DNA of 64,000 bases from Mytilus californianus (taxonomy: Eukaryota), in contig NW_026262615.1 of the NCBI RefSeq assembly GCF_021869535.1, positions 35,216,001 to 35,280,000 of the forward strand. The letters run 5' to 3'. Of this stretch, positions 22,901-36,984 are shown one piece after another. The position numbers and the translations under genes were made by a program. Numbering within the stretch: position 1 is the first letter of the stretch; each line of letters begins with the position of its first letter. Under the pieces are notes generated by a model that was not told where the DNA came from, did not search any database, and worked only from the letters and a program-made list of their open reading frames with translations.

Positions 22901-25900
22901 ATGGATAAAACCCAACATTTTTCAAGGGACAAATGTCCTCAGATTACTTACAAGATTAACTTTGTACCTGCACAGGTAAATCTTTGTGCTCAAAAGCTGT
23001 GTTTGCTTTGTACAAACTCTGTCCTGCACCGAACTTGTTTTTGTCAAGAAAAGGAAGTGTGTTGTAATGCTAATACGCGTACTGAATCCGCATACGATTA
23101 CGAAGAGATTGATTCATATCCTTATTTAATGAAGACTAAAAGTATTGTATGTAGCTTTAATTTTGATTCACAGGTGTTATGGAAAAGTTATATAAGGGTC
23201 TTGACCAATTTTAAATTACAACATTAGCAAATTTGCACTACATTGTATTTTCCATTACTTCCATAAAACATTTCTACACTTTTTTACCAGGATAATCGTA
23301 CTAAGAGGTTCATGCACCAAACTGAGTTTGTTTTACACTGAACCAACCGCTAAATCAATGCAAGTCACAGTTATGATTTTTTTTTGAACCTCGCATTCGC
23401 CTCGGTTGATTATATTTTTTATGTGTTATAAATGATCTGTCCAGACTTTGCAAATACACAATAATTATTTATCTATACATAGAAACTAATTTCCCCCAAA
23501 TTCAATATATTTTAGATGCAAAATTAAAAACACTGTTTCGGCGCTTGAATTTTGTTTTTGTCAAAAATAGAAAAAAATATTAAAATAATTCGATTATCTG
23601 TCGTATTATTGTTCAGAAAAAAATTCCGTTATATACTGTAGTGAAAAATTATAAGCAATATGAAAGTTAATGGTTCTGATAAGGTTAAGGCCACTTCTAC
23701 TTTTGCTATGTCATAAATGGAAAATGATCAAAAGGATCCAGATCAACGCCATTTTGTAACGGAAGCTCTTCATATAAATAGTCAAATTTGTCGTTTTAAT
23801 ATTCTTTGCAGCATATGCTTATGATTGAAACATTTTTGTAGCATTCTAATGAATATATATAAGAAAATTTCTCCTTTTTGTCCTTGTGGTTAAAATATTG
23901 ATATTTATAGGCCTGACCTTTGACCCAAATGTCACAAAAATGTGACCACTCTGGATTTTTACGACCAAACGTTTCTTATCGTACACGTTTTCCTCTTTCC
24001 ATTGATATATAAATTAGGTGTGTGTTCTTCCGGAACATTAAAGTTTAAAAAAATGAACTCTGGTTGCAGTACTAATATACAAATACGTTAATTCAAATTA
24101 CAGTTTGTAGACGATCAGAAGAGGAATGCCAAATAATAGATTCTAAATGTTTTAAACCACATTGCTATGCTGCATGGGTTTGGTCATTGCTGTAGGCCAA
24201 ACGGTCACATATATATGATGCCTTCTACGTCATTTGGTTTAGGCAAGTAGTTGTCTCATTGGAATTCTTACCACATCGTCTTATTCTTATATCATATTTA
24301 TGAAGTATTGTTGTATTATTGTCGCATATAAGATGTCATGAACACATTTTTTTTCTTCCATTTCTATTGAACGTAATAAATAATCTGTCTTCGGGATCAA
24401 TATTCGATACGAGACCGATGAGATCAGTTTATGATACTTATTGTTTCACAGTTATCTTCCCTTCGAATGTTCTTTTTAAGGAAATACATTTCGGTAGAAC
24501 CTAAATTTAGGTATAAAGGGAAGAATTGAAACATTCCACCGTCAAATACACGTTTCGATACAAGTACTAGTAAGTTCTTATTTTGTTCTTTGTGCTTGGA
24601 TAAATTGGATCACACATATAATACATGTTATAAATGTGATTACATTATTTTCATCAGTATTATCGAGGTTTCTACTTTCGCTGTTTTTTCGACCTAATCT
24701 ATATTGTTAATAATGTCCGGGTACATTATTAATTATTTTAGGATTTGCTTTCAATTTATTATTTTACCGCGTTCCTAATGAAAGTCAATTTGAAAAATGC
24801 GTAACAACTCATGTCTTTTTATCTAGATTAACGCCTTTTGAATCACGATTTTCAATTAACATAAAAAGATGTGATGAGGCCCCAAAGATGGCAAGGAAGC
24901 ACAGTTTACTAAAAAGGGATCATTGATCACCTGCTTTCATTTCGTATTTATATTTATAAGTACATTTATGACTTCACAGTACAATATATCAAGTTCGATG
25001 ACTACAGATATAAAATTAATTTTTGATAGATAAAAAAAAGAGCAATGCAAGAAAGATCAAAGTAGAAAATCCCAAGTTAAGAGAGGGTGAGCGCTATAAC
25101 CCCTCTACAAATCAAGAGCTTTTACTTTTACTTTTACTTTTGTAGTTGTAGTTAGTGTTTGCTGTTGTATAAGGCTTTAGCAACATTTACACAACTATTC
25201 ACTTATGATTAAATACAAAATAGGTTCATTACTTGACATCCTAACAAATCATCGATATACGGAACTGTTTTAATCTATGTTGTGTGGTAACACCACTGCC
25301 ATATGGTTAAGTGTTCACTGATGTGTTAACATTTAAACTGTAAATATGTCTAAAACAAATTCATCAACGATTTGTCATATCAACTGAAAAGTGCTGACTT
25401 CGGGTCTTATGATACCCTTGAGGACGGAATGAATAATGGCATCGGCCCAGTGATTTTAAAATCTCATTAGAGATACCATGTGTAAAAGATGGTTCGCCAG
25501 ATGCAATTTCCTTCTGCATAAAACAGTTGCGCTGTGATTCAATTGTGTGCAAGGCTAAATCATTTGCAAAGTTGAAGAGCATTAGGAATTTAGGAAGTAT
25601 GAACTAAATACCTGTAAGACCATCTTTGCCTTGTGGTAAAAAAAAAATATTAATGTTGCGAGTTATTCAACATTTTAAATCTATGGATGTGTATCATCTT
25701 AAAAGAACATCTGTCACAACAAGGAATTGAATGCACCGTCATTTAATTAACTTCTTCCTTATAGCATTTTAAACGAGGAATACTTAAATCTAAAACTATT
25801 GAATGCTGTGTTTGAATAGTTGTTTTAATGGAACAACATCATTGGATTTTAGTTGTGTACTGGTTGAATTTGGATTAATTTTGCTGATATTATCTAAAGA

Positions 25901-26724
25901 TGAATGTATGACTAGAGACTTCCATTTATATTTGCCTGGAATTTAAAATTTAAATTTTCAGTCCTTTCAAATAACGTTTTATTTATTGGTAAGATATTGA
26001 TAAGATATAGGATGATATAATGTTGACAGTTACTAAGGAATCCAGGAAGATATTATTAACAAGTAACTGTAAAATCATAATCATTTTCACTTGAATTCTA
26101 CACATACTTTCTGATAAAATTTGATACACGGGCATGAACTTTAATCAATATGACATTTTACAATCATCGACATGTTTGTTTTGTTGAAAAGATCATTTGA
26201 CCAAGGATTTAACTCATACCTAGATGTAAATAACGAAATACGCAATTTGATTTTTTCGGCAGTGTTTGCAGTACTACACGGAAGCTATGAAGTTTCAAGA
26301 CGAAAAATAAAGCAAACATGTGCGACAAAAAATATAAGGAAGTTAATCGAACTAATAATTTAACTTTTTAATTTTTGAATATATAAAACATTGTTTTAAA
26401 AAGTGTATGATTTATGTCATAAAACCACATATGAACAATTCGTTAAAATTGTAGGCCTATCAAATCCACAATCAATATTGTTTTCAATTACTTTAAGGAA
26501 TAATTTCCTTTTAAAGACGATATTTCCGCTTTTGGCAAATATCTGTACAAACTTTATTTTAATAGATGAACAGAAACTTGTGTTTGCTATTACAAGGCAT
26601 TTCCCGTGGAGCAGAATATAATTTTGATTGTTGTGCTTTGTTATTTTAGAATGTCTATGTTAAAAGTGGTAATAGTCTTGTCTATCCTTTGCAATGACAC
26701 TACTTTCATTTCACAGTTTAAAAA

Positions 26725-27050
26725 AGAAAGACAAATGCTACCAGAGATAAAATAAACTTACAACGCAATAGCTAAAAAAGACAAAAGGACAAACAACAGT
26801 ACACGAAACACAACATATAAAACTAAAAACTAAGTAACACGAACCAAACCAGAAACTGGGGTTGATTTTATGTGCTACGGAGGGATAAGCAAATCAAGCT
26901 TCACATTTGGCAACTGTCGTGTTGATCGTGTTAGTTCGAACCTGGTAACAAGTCTAATTCGGTGGGACACATTCTTGAGAAAGATGACGGGATTGAAGTT
27001 ACGACAATTTGATCATATTCGCCATCATCTGTAAAACGAATATTCCATAA
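26725..27050 (-). mobile_element. Penelope-like family B fragment
   Basis: Matches 18745-19100. Confidence 0.65.
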
Positions 27051-27056
27051 TGATCA

Positions 27057-27205
27057 TAAAATTGAAAATGGAAATGGGGAATGTGTCAAAGAGACAACAC
27101 AACAGTCCGACCATAGAGCAGACAACAACCGAAGGCCACCAATGGGTCTTCAATGCAGCGAGAAACTCCCGCACCCGGAGAAGTCCTTCAGCTGGCCCCT
27201 AAACA
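27057..27205 (-). mobile_element. Penelope-like family A extreme 3'-end fragment
   Basis: Begins TAAAATTGAAAATGGAAATGGGGAATGTGTCAAAGAGAC, as at 7715. Confidence 0.75.
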
Positions 27206-27261
27206 AATGACTAATGTCAAACCTTTTAAACGGGAAAACAAACGGTTTAATCTATATAAAA

Positions 27262-28060
27262 ATAAACAGTTGCGCCTTGCGCGTATGATACGCCCGTCGC
27301 ATTTTCAAAGAATAACTTCTCAATGGCATATCAGTAATTAAAAAAAAAAACTAAAGGTAGGTGATCTTAATAGATATAAATCAGTCACTAAAATTTTTAG
27401 AAAACTGCTCAAAGCACTTTAGGACATAGATCGAAAACTTGAAAATCACCTCAGTCTCTTTTATTAATAAAATCCCATAACTCGGAAAATTTAAAATCTA
27501 AAATTTATATAAATTGAATGGGAGCTTACAACAACAGATATCAACAATTAAATAAAGTTTCAGGAAAAGTGCTGAAAGCATTTTTGAGTTATTGTCCGAA
27601 AACTGGAAAATCACCCTTTTTGTAATGAATAAAGCCACATAACTCGGAAACGTAAAATCTAAAATTTATAAAATAAAAACTCAATAACTCTAAAATAAAA
27701 TTTTGAATCATCACCAAAAAGTATACACGAATCTTTAGATTAATATAACTTAGAAGTGTGTAAAGTTTTAAGCAATAATCATAAATCGTTTTCGAGATAC
27801 GGTGCGACATGTGAAAAAAAACACCCCCCTGTTTTAGTTACAAAGTCCAGTAACTCAAAAAGTTTTAATCTTATTTTCACTAAAAAGTGTACAGATCGTA
27901 TGACCATCATAAGAAACAACTTTGTTAAGTTTCATGAAATTTAGATAAGTTGTTCTCAAGTTACGGTGCGACATGTTTACGACGGACAGACGGACAGACG
28001 CACGCCGGACATTTGTATACCATAATACGTCCCGTCAAAATATTGACGGGCATATAAAAA
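27262..28060 (-). mobile_element. HINE/Helentron-type non-autonomous element (DINE-1/pearl architecture)
   Basis: Sub-terminal inverted repeats (ATACGCCCGTC / GACGGGCATAT), 5' partial inverted repeat, (GGAC/AGAC)n microsatellite, internal tandem TAACTCGGAAA...AAATCTAAAATTTATA repeats, and a short GCGC hairpin at the 3' end. Confidence 0.75.
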
Positions 28061-28165
28061 GAGTAAGTTCCTCAAAACATATTTAGGACAGTCATATCAA
28101 CGATAAAATTATGATTCAAATCTAGAAAAATAATTCGTTTTAATAGGTATAACATCTACTTTTAG

Positions 28166-28193
28166 GTTATTGGAGAAGCAAAGACTGTTGCAA
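28166..28193 (+). pseudogene. MIase-like gene copy 2, 28-nt exon 2
   Basis: TTTTAG|GTTATTGGAGAAGCAAAGACTGTTGCAA|GTATGT = VIGEAKTVA; same length and phase as 40279-40306. Confidence 0.85.
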
Positions 28194-28542
28194 GTATGTT
28201 CTTTGCGTTAAAGTTGTTAATAAAAAATCTCCATACATATATTCACTAAAAAGATTGGTTTAATATTCTTATTATTTCTTATTGTTCATGTTGTTGAAAT
28301 TGTTCTATAAACTATCATTCAAAAAAGGGTATGTTGAAAAATATAAATGTCTAATGTTAATTGTGATACCATGCGATGTTTTTTATCATTCATTCAAAAG
28401 GGGTGGACAGGGGTTTTCTCAGCTTGAAGAAATTATCTGGCTAGTTTAGAATACTTTTGGATTTTTAATGTCAGGGGTCTAGTCTTTTCCAGTATGTGAC
28501 GCATTCGTAAAGGGTTGTTTTTTTTTGTTTTGTTTTATTAAG

Positions 28543-28767
28543 TTTTTGAAGCATACGAAGATTCCGTTATACATATTGTAAACACGGTTACCTCTGATAT
28601 TATGAAGCTGGGTCCCTATAATGTGACATGTACGCCACTTACTCGTTTGGATATTTGGGAGAAGCTTTTGTGCCTTGGTTGCAATTATCACGAGACAGCT
28701 CCAGGAACAGTGAATATATTCACAGATTGTGCCGTATGGTATGAATTAAATGTAGCACTTGCCAGTG
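28543..28767 (+). pseudogene. MIase-like gene copy 2, exon 3
   Basis: Open phase 1-1 exon, 225 nt: (I)FEAYEDSVIHIVNTVTSDIMKLGPYNVTCTPLTRL...AVWYELNVALAS-G|GTAAAG. Confidence 0.88.
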
Positions 28768-30966
28768 GTAAAGTATATTTCTTATAAACAACGATTGACG
28801 TGTTTTCAGTTTGACAAACAATTGATGTTTAATATGTTTTATATGTTTTATACGTTTGCTTTAATGTCTAAAGAGTGGATGTAAACAACAAGTAAAATCC
28901 CTTTAACCTGCTCTCAGTAACGAATATTGCCAATGAGGGAACTATCCATTAAAGAACTAAGTACAGTTGATGTTATTGACTGCGGGTCACCGTACGAGAA
29001 TCATCAATGACGGTCACCCTTACCAAAATAACAAGCTATAAAAGGATTCTTTTACATTACAAAGAGTGAAAACAAATTCAAAATAAAAAAATGAAAGTCA
29101 AATACAAAGAAAAATAAACAACGGCCGGATTCATGTAGAAAAAAAAATAACGAAAAGAAAATATTAAAGCAGAAACAAACGATAACTACTGATTAAGAAG
29201 ATCCCGACTCGGACTTCATGTACAGTATTAACTGAAGTTATACATGTTTGCGGCTACAAACCCCATAACCTAGTACATTGGTATAACAGCACAACAAAAG
29301 AAAACACTAAAAAAATCAAAGCATCAAAAAAAAAAAAAAAAAAAAATCTTATAAAAAACATCAGAGAGTACCCGTTCCTACTCGCTTATTAGTCGGAAAA
29401 TTGGGAGTAAAATTCATAATCCAGAGAGGGGGACCGACTAATATACGAGATCTAGCGACCAGAGGAAAAACCTTAGCTTGAGAAAAGTGGTCAGGAGTGA
29501 ATTTCCTGGTCAAAACAACGTTTTTGATTGCAAAACCTACATATATCAATAAATAAAAACGTTTTTGTTGAAAATAAATGACTACAATACTGTCTTTGTG
29601 TTTTATTTGTTCTTTGGTAAACATTTTCAGCAAATTTGTGTTAAAATTCTACTGTATCTGGTTTGTGTATTGATTTTCATTGTCATAAAAGAAGAGCCAA
29701 GAACAAAAAATGAAAAGGAGATAACAATGTACCAAATATGTAAAAGGATGCATTCAGCGGAGTTATTGTGTCATTATTGTGATATCATGATATCAATTCA
29801 ATGCTTATAAATCATATAATAATCAAAAATTTATTTTAAGATTCATTCCCAAAATCAAAATATTATTCATTAAAATGTCTCAGGTAAACAAAAATTACAA
29901 AATTGATTGACAAGCCAATATAATCCATTGATAACCCCAGTTAAGAGACAACGAGTTGTATTCACTAAAGGTGTGAAAACTATCAGTGATAGGTAAACAG
30001 ATGACACTAATGAGTTGGAGTTAGTTATTTTAATATATTGATTAGCTTCACTAAATTTGTTTAATCCTTTAATCATCACAATATAATAAGAATTATGAAG
30101 TGTACATGCTCATTTAACACTGAGTAATATATGCTGTGAAAAAAAATTTCATCAAGTGTTGATTAACTTTAAATCTTCCAGGTTCATATTGGTTTATATT
30201 CGCTTTTCTCAAACAATAGGTTGATAGTCATACCCTACAAAATCATTGATGCATTACGTTAACAACACATGGCTAATCAAACATTTGAACAGTGAACAAA
30301 AAAAGAGGAATGAATACATCTTTATTATTAACAGTAATATAAATTATCATGATGAGCATCAACTACATTCAAACCTAACAAACATTCAATCAGATATGAA
30401 TATAATTCCTGGATTTGCATTGGTTTTAACCGCGTACAGTTAGTGTCAGCTGAAAAAAATAAATGCCCAAATTTTGTCCGACTTATACGAGGGTCAAGAC
30501 TAAATCCGTAGAATTTGGAGCTGGAAAGGGCAACCGACCTATAGTCGGATCGACTTATACTTGAGTACTCGCTGTTACTGAAAGCGATTTCAAATCAAAT
30601 AACAACAAATAAAAAATCATGTTTTTAAATCTACCGAGACCAAATATCAATAAGAACACATAAATCATGATATTGTGCAAAAATAAAATATAAGTCTCAA
30701 CAATGAAGTTCTAATATCTGTATAGCAATTAATTGTGTTATTTGTTGACTTGTATATTATAAAATCAATGTAAGTACCGATGAAAACAGTTTCACACATG
30801 TCATTGTATTGAATAATTGATAACCTTTTTGAAGAAGTGTTGTGCAAAAAAATGGTGCCCTTACATTGATCGCATCTTAACTTAATTCCTTTGCTGAATT
30901 TAGTTGATAGTACAGTTTAGTCTACTGGTATTCAAATAATGAAACTAGTGGATTTTTCTTTGACAG

Positions 30967-31089
30967 GCATGTCAATTGATGAATGTGACAGAACTTGGAG
31001 AGAGACAGCTTTGTCAATATTATAACAGCGCAAAAAAGATGGAATGATGAAAATAGAAATTTTCAAAGTACTTTGGGAAAGACGGCCCG
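30967..31089 (+). pseudogene. MIase-like gene copy 2, exon 4 (nonsense codon and 4-nt excess)
   Basis: (G)MSIDECDRTWRETALSIL*QRKKDGMMKIEIFKVLWERR. TAA at 31023-31025; CCCG between RR and the GT donor breaks phase. Confidence 0.82.
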
Positions 31090-34000
31090 GTATATGTTTT
31101 TTTTTTCATGTTTTGTGTTCTGAGCAACAACAACAGCCGAACCTCAAACACAACGGCTTATTATACACTATAAATTCTAAAAAAAACATCACACTATGAC
31201 CCCTGCTATCACTATTAGTACCTTCACCTGTACCACTGATACTACAAAACATACAAAACTCGAAAATAAACTTCTGGTAACCTTGATGGTGTAAGTTTTT
31301 CATCTCCAGCGATCATTAAACTGCAAATTATGAGGTATGGACTTTGCACCAGATCTGATGTCTGTGTGTTTTCTTTATAGGTTTCATTCTTTTATATTGT
31401 CAGTCCATGTGGCGTTAATATTTTTTGGAGCAATTATATTGTCTGAATACATCTAGTTCCCGGGGAACACCATTTTGGGGTCGATGTCTTTGAAGCTACG
31501 TCTCATTGTCTGTCGCCAATAATATCTAATTGAGGTCAATACAATTGTGTGTACACAATCAGCCTACTAGCTTTTTGTTGTTTTGTTTACCTGTATTCCA
31601 TTTGTCACTGACAAAAACTATATTCATGACGATAACGCTGCCTTGTCAGAATTGGACTACATATCTTTGGTTCTTTAATGAAGTCTTTTATGAAGAATGA
31701 TGCCAAAAAAGACGAGTACTGGGCTAATAAAGTTTCTTAAATAAAATTTGTCATTCGCAATAAAATCGGTATCACAAGCTTATTATACTCAGTGAAAATT
31801 TTTCATTGAGATTTCTTCACATATTATAAACTACTTTTTTATAATATTAGTTGGTAAGCTTAGTAGTTAATTCGATTATCATTCAAGTACATTGACAATA
31901 GCTTATGCAAATGATTGTCAAATTAAATATGAGGCTCAAATATTAAGCTACAAAGTGTTTTAATCAATTCCAACATTTTTCAAGGAAATATGTTGCTACA
32001 GAATATCTGTTCGTGAGTGGCGCAGATCTAAATTAAATTGATGAATGAAAATTATCATGATAAACAAACCTATGTCTTATCTATGGCAGTATTGTTAGAA
32101 ATATTAACAATAGTTTTGTATTTTAACTCTAAGATCGAAAGAGTGGCCTTACCAGAAATTCGGTTAATTAAAATGATTTTATTGTTTTCATTTTTGAACG
32201 ATTCTGATTGTTTAAATTAAAACGGCAGTAATGTCTAACAGTGCTTTGATGTGTAAGAAATCGTAAGATTCAAATGGGATATTCAATAACGATTAAGATT
32301 GATATTGCATGTGTTTGTGTTGCGTTGCATGTTCTATTCATTACAAAATTGTAATCTCTTACCAATATTTGCCTTTTCGATCAAAAATGAAAGACTTGTT
32401 TCTAAAGACAAAGAATACACTTGAGTTAAATTTTATGAAATGGTGAAAATTGAATCAATTTTTGCTGCTATTAATAATGTTATCTTGATTTTTCAATATT
32501 CTTGCAAAATTTAAAGACTAAATTTCATGAACATTTAAATTCGAATCTAATTAAGATCATGAACTTATTCATAAAACCTTCAAAATCCTTTTTTTGCCAA
32601 ATTTCAAAATAGTTTACTTTAAAGATTGCTTTCAACATGCTCAATGTTCAAAATCTATCTTTCCTAAATAAAATGACAAATGGTTTTGCGTTAATGTACA
32701 CGGACGTTTAATAGACCTACTTTGAAATAGGAAATACAGTCAGTGTTGAATTTGAAGAGATGTTTACGTTCAAACGCAGTACTGTTATTCTTTAATCATG
32801 TTAATATCGTGCCTCGTATGACTAAATCGTTTCAAATTGCAATAAGATCGTAATAAAATAAGAAATTCAAAACGGTGACACAAGAAAATGTTCATAAAAC
32901 AACATATTTGCTATTAGAGAGGTGAGCTTTGTCTCTCGGACACCTTAAAAGAAAGGCAACATATACCAAAGGGATATTCAAACTCATAAGTCGAAAACCA
33001 AGCATAAAATGCCATTGCATCAACAAAATCGACGAAAAGACAAACAGTTCTAAACTGCAACAAAAAAAATAAAGACCGAGCAAAATAATCCCCACAAAAA
33101 CTATAATTTCATTAATCCAAAAGTTTCAAGTTTGTTTGCGTTAAATGATCAACAGTATTTGCAGACAGGTGTGTTAACACATGTTAAACACATTTCTTTG
33201 TTTTTTATTTAGTAACACACTATGATTTTTGAACATATTGTTTGTCTTTAATCTTTTGTAAACATTTAGCCGATAAAAAGTGTCACCAAATCCACTGTCA
33301 TACATAGAAAAGCAAATTGAAAAAGATAGTTCCGACTTGATTGAAAAAAATATACGATTTCTTGTAAAATTAATTCTAATTTTTTTTTTTTTTTAAGGTA
33401 TATGTCTTCTCCTGTAAAACACTGTTTGAAAACTGGGATAATTGATAAAGAAGACAGGATATACAAGAATGCAAAACTTGTTACAAAGATATAAGAAAAA
33501 CTGGAAAATACGTTTTTATCAAACAATGTTTAATTTGAACATTGTTGTAATTTCAAACGTACAACACAATTTTAGTTTATTTGTCAAATTGCTTTAATTG
33601 TTTATGCAATCAAATGATACCAGGCTTGCGGCAATCGTAATTTTAATCATTGATTAGATGACATTAATGAAATGCAATGTTTTAAGAATTCATTATAATC
33701 ATCAATTAGCAAAAATTTTATAATTTAGTTTGATCAATTACTTTTCAAAATACCGTGTATTCTAAATTATATTTTTTTTTTAATAAAATAAAAGAAATTA
33801 AAAAATTGTCTTTAGTGTCAATATATTATATCTTAAAACATGTTAAAAACACATTTCTATTGTTCACATTAACTGAACAAAAATGGTAAGAAAAGTTTTG
33901 TGTACTTCAAGCATGTAAAGATATTATGAAATATGGATAAACAACATTATACAAAGATATTATGAAATATGGATATACAAAATAAAACACACACAATAAT

Positions 34001-35344
34001 ATTTTAAAGATTTTGTAAACCTTTGTTCAATTACATCGTTCAAACTTTTTTTTAAATTCATTGTAATGAAATGTTATTATGCTAACTGGCCAATGTAATC
34101 ATTGATTTAATTAATTACTTTTAGAAATTGTGAAATCATATTTTTTTATTTCATCGTACAAGTGATAGAGTTTTTGTAATTCAATCAATTACATTGGAAG
34201 TAGTCAGACCCGTCTATTTTTCTATCCTTCAATCCACATTAAACATGTTTTTTTTATGTCTCCTGGCAAACCACGTGTTATCTTTGTGCTTGTTCTACTC
34301 TCTACGAAATCTTTTTTATAAGAGCAAACACATATTCTATAATTACTCAAACGTGTTCTAAAGCGTTCCATCTAGAATTCTCAATATACCAAAGATATAT
34401 TTCATAAACCTCTAGTGATTCTTCAAATATCAAATGATCTGTTAAGAATTTGAAGTCTGCTTTGTCTTTTACAAATAAGTAGACATAGTATCATGATTGA
34501 CATCAACATCAAAACGGTCAACAAGACATCATAATTCAATTTAGGAGTTATTGCCCTTCAATTTAGGAGTTATTGCCCTTCAATGGCCTATTCAATTATT
34601 GTTTCTGGTTGTACTCTTGTTTCCTAATATGTTTTTAAAATCATAGTTAAGGTAAACACCAAGAATACAATAACACAACTTGTAACAATTTAATGCTAAT
34701 ATATATTGTGGAATAATGACGAGATGTGATAATGGACCAGAAAGTCCAGATATGTTTCAAGTCATAATATCCCTGTGTAGAGTACTTTAGATGTAGATGA
34801 AAATGGTTTTGAAACGCTCAATGGTAAATTGTTGCTGTCTGATGTCGCACGCCTTTAAAACAGTTTCAATTTTTTTTTTTCGATTCTTACTTCATGTACT
34901 TTTGAAATATCAACCCATTTCTAGATTAATTTTGTCATGTACATTTCCGATATGAATGTACTACTTGCAACTGGACATATCACAAAGCAAGTGGACAACA
35001 TCGATAAGTTTTACGTGTCTGTAGCAAACTGGATAAAAACATGATTATATTTAACAGTAACCTTATTCAGTATTCATCTTTACCACCTCTTTTATTAAAC
35101 AGTATTAAAAATGTAACATATGGAACATTTAAATAGACCGAAAAAGTCACCTCGGTCATTTCTTCTCCTTTGACTATCTGTTCTAAATCTAATACATGTA
35201 ATAGTAGTGTAGAAACTATCAAGTAACGCTTAACCGTATCAACACTACTGTATCATGTACATCCACTTATTTCACTTATTTGATAATGTTCTCAAATACA
35301 ACATTCGTCTATACTATACTTAATCCATGTTCTAAATTTTAAAT

Positions 35345-36290
35345 TTCAAGCGGATATGAAAAATAAAGGCAACAGTCGCATATTGCTGTTCAAAAGTCTT
35401 AAATTGGTAGGGAGAAAACAAATCCGGGTTACATAAACCGAGGGAAACACATGAACTATAAGTGAAAACAAAGGAACAGAAGGAACACTGAAGTGCAACA
35501 AAAACAAGTGCCAACACACATAAAACGATATATCTGAAAACAACTACAATATTCCTGATTTGGTACAGGGAAATTTAAGAAAAAAATGGTGGGTTGAACC
35601 TGATTTTATGGCGAGCCAAACCTACCGCGTATATGACAATGTCATAAAATATCGCTAAAATGACAACATCACTTACTTGGGCGGGAAAAATCATTGCAGA
35701 GAAACGGACAAACACGTTATATAACAGTCAAAACAGCATGGAAACCGTACGTATGCATCAAATGTGTAACCTTGAACTCCATGGGATTATTTTCACAATA
35801 CCAGTGCAAACAATTAGCATGGCAATGACGGTATTGAAATGCTATTATTTAATTATTAGGACTACAAACGATAAGACAATATCAGATTGAAAACCATATC
35901 AGAAACATCAAAATAAATACACGAGTGTGGGATGTATAAAATACCGAGACACGTCGTATAGCAATGCAAATTCACACTCGGTAAAACAGTCATATTTAGG
36001 ATTAGGTCACGTTCAGTACTTAGCAGAGAGACGACAAAGATCTTCAACCACAATCTAAGACGTGGAAAAAATATCATAAGATAGACACAGAAACATCGTA
36101 TGGATCAACCAATTTCTGATGTCGTCCATAACTTTACGGAGTGTTATGTTTAATCTTTCCTCCTTATACCAATTGTCAGTGAGGTCGATTTCTGCGTAAG
36201 GAGCACTCCTGTAAATCAAGTCCGTATATTGTGAATAGGCACGAGCATAACGTATCAGTTGATACAAACGGTTACATAAAAATACATCTT
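35345..36290 (-). mobile_element. 5'-truncated Penelope-like element (third family)
   Basis: Minus-strand QLIRYARAYSQYTDLIYRS at ~36267-36200 resembles the PLE RT C-terminus; followed by a long non-coding 3' region. Confidence 0.65.
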
Positions 36291-36305
36291 AAGCTTTAAA
36301 TGATA

Positions 36306-36772
36306 TTTACTCGTATGGCCAACACAGGGGAATTTTGTTTTTCAGTCTGTGCGTCTGTTCGTTCGTCTTACCATTCGTCCTTCCGTTCGTCATACTGTCC
36401 TTCGTCCGTATTTCCCTCTTCATCTGACAGTTTTTGGTAACAATTGTGGTCAAGGTAGTTTTTGTGTAAGTTGAGGTCAAGTCAACTTGATACTTTGTAC
36501 ACATGTTACCTATGATATGATCTTTTTAATATTAATAGCAAATTAGAGTTTTAAACTCAATTTCATGGTTCACTGAACATAAAACACGATTGTACCCGCT
36601 TAAGATTAAATTGTTTGTTAAATGTAATATTAACTTGAAATCAAATCAACTTGAAACTTAGTTCACATGTTCCTTATGACAGGATAATTCTAGTTTAAAT
36701 GCCACGGTCTACTGGAATTAGAAAATGATAGTGCGAGTGGGGCATCCGTGTACTATGGACACATTCTTGTTT
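36306..36772 (+). mobile_element. HINE-type non-autonomous element
   Basis: (GTTC/GTCC)n microsatellite near the 5' end; 3' TGGGGCAT followed by the hairpin CCGTGT...GGACAC and a T-run. Confidence 0.6.
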
Positions 36773-36984
36773 CTTTAATTTTAATTATCGAATAAAAGTA
36801 TTCATAATTCAAAACTAAAAGACAAATTGAAAGAGTTGGTCTTGTATTGATTCATGAAATAGAAAATGGCCGACGTAAATACACGTAGCTATTATCATCT
36901 TACGGAGAGATAAATTACACTGTGTAAAAAATCAATCTGTATCGAAAAAAATGTAATTTGAACAGACATTACCACGATGCATGA

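Larger units (their letters stand above)
20490..24037 (+). mobile_element. Academ-like DNA transposon relic with ~110-bp degenerate terminal inverted repeats
   Basis: TTAA|TGTTCCGGAATAACACAC...GGTCGTAAAAA...GGTCACATTTTTGT at left mirrors ACAAAAATGTGACC...TTTTTACGACC...GTGTGTTCTTCCGGAACA|TTAA at right, enclosing transposase remnants. The superfamily call is from remembered motifs. Confidence 0.7.

Noticed and set aside
22700-23227. 175-aa ORF
   Set aside because: Non-ATG start, implausible composition, and overlaps decayed transposase in shifting frames.
24338-24400. Possible exon 1 of MIase-like copy 2 (ISIERNK resembling ISIERRN)
   Set aside because: Frameshift and stop immediately around the match, no further similarity and no matching donor; likely chance.
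26172-26363. ORF with weak DV...SA..AV...Y resemblance to exon 1
   Set aside because: Spacing differs and no donor lies at the expected position; unsupported.
28061-28068. AGA|GTAAGT as the remnant donor of copy 2 exon 1 split by the HINE
   Set aside because: The sequence on the other side of the HINE is repeat-derived, not exon-like.
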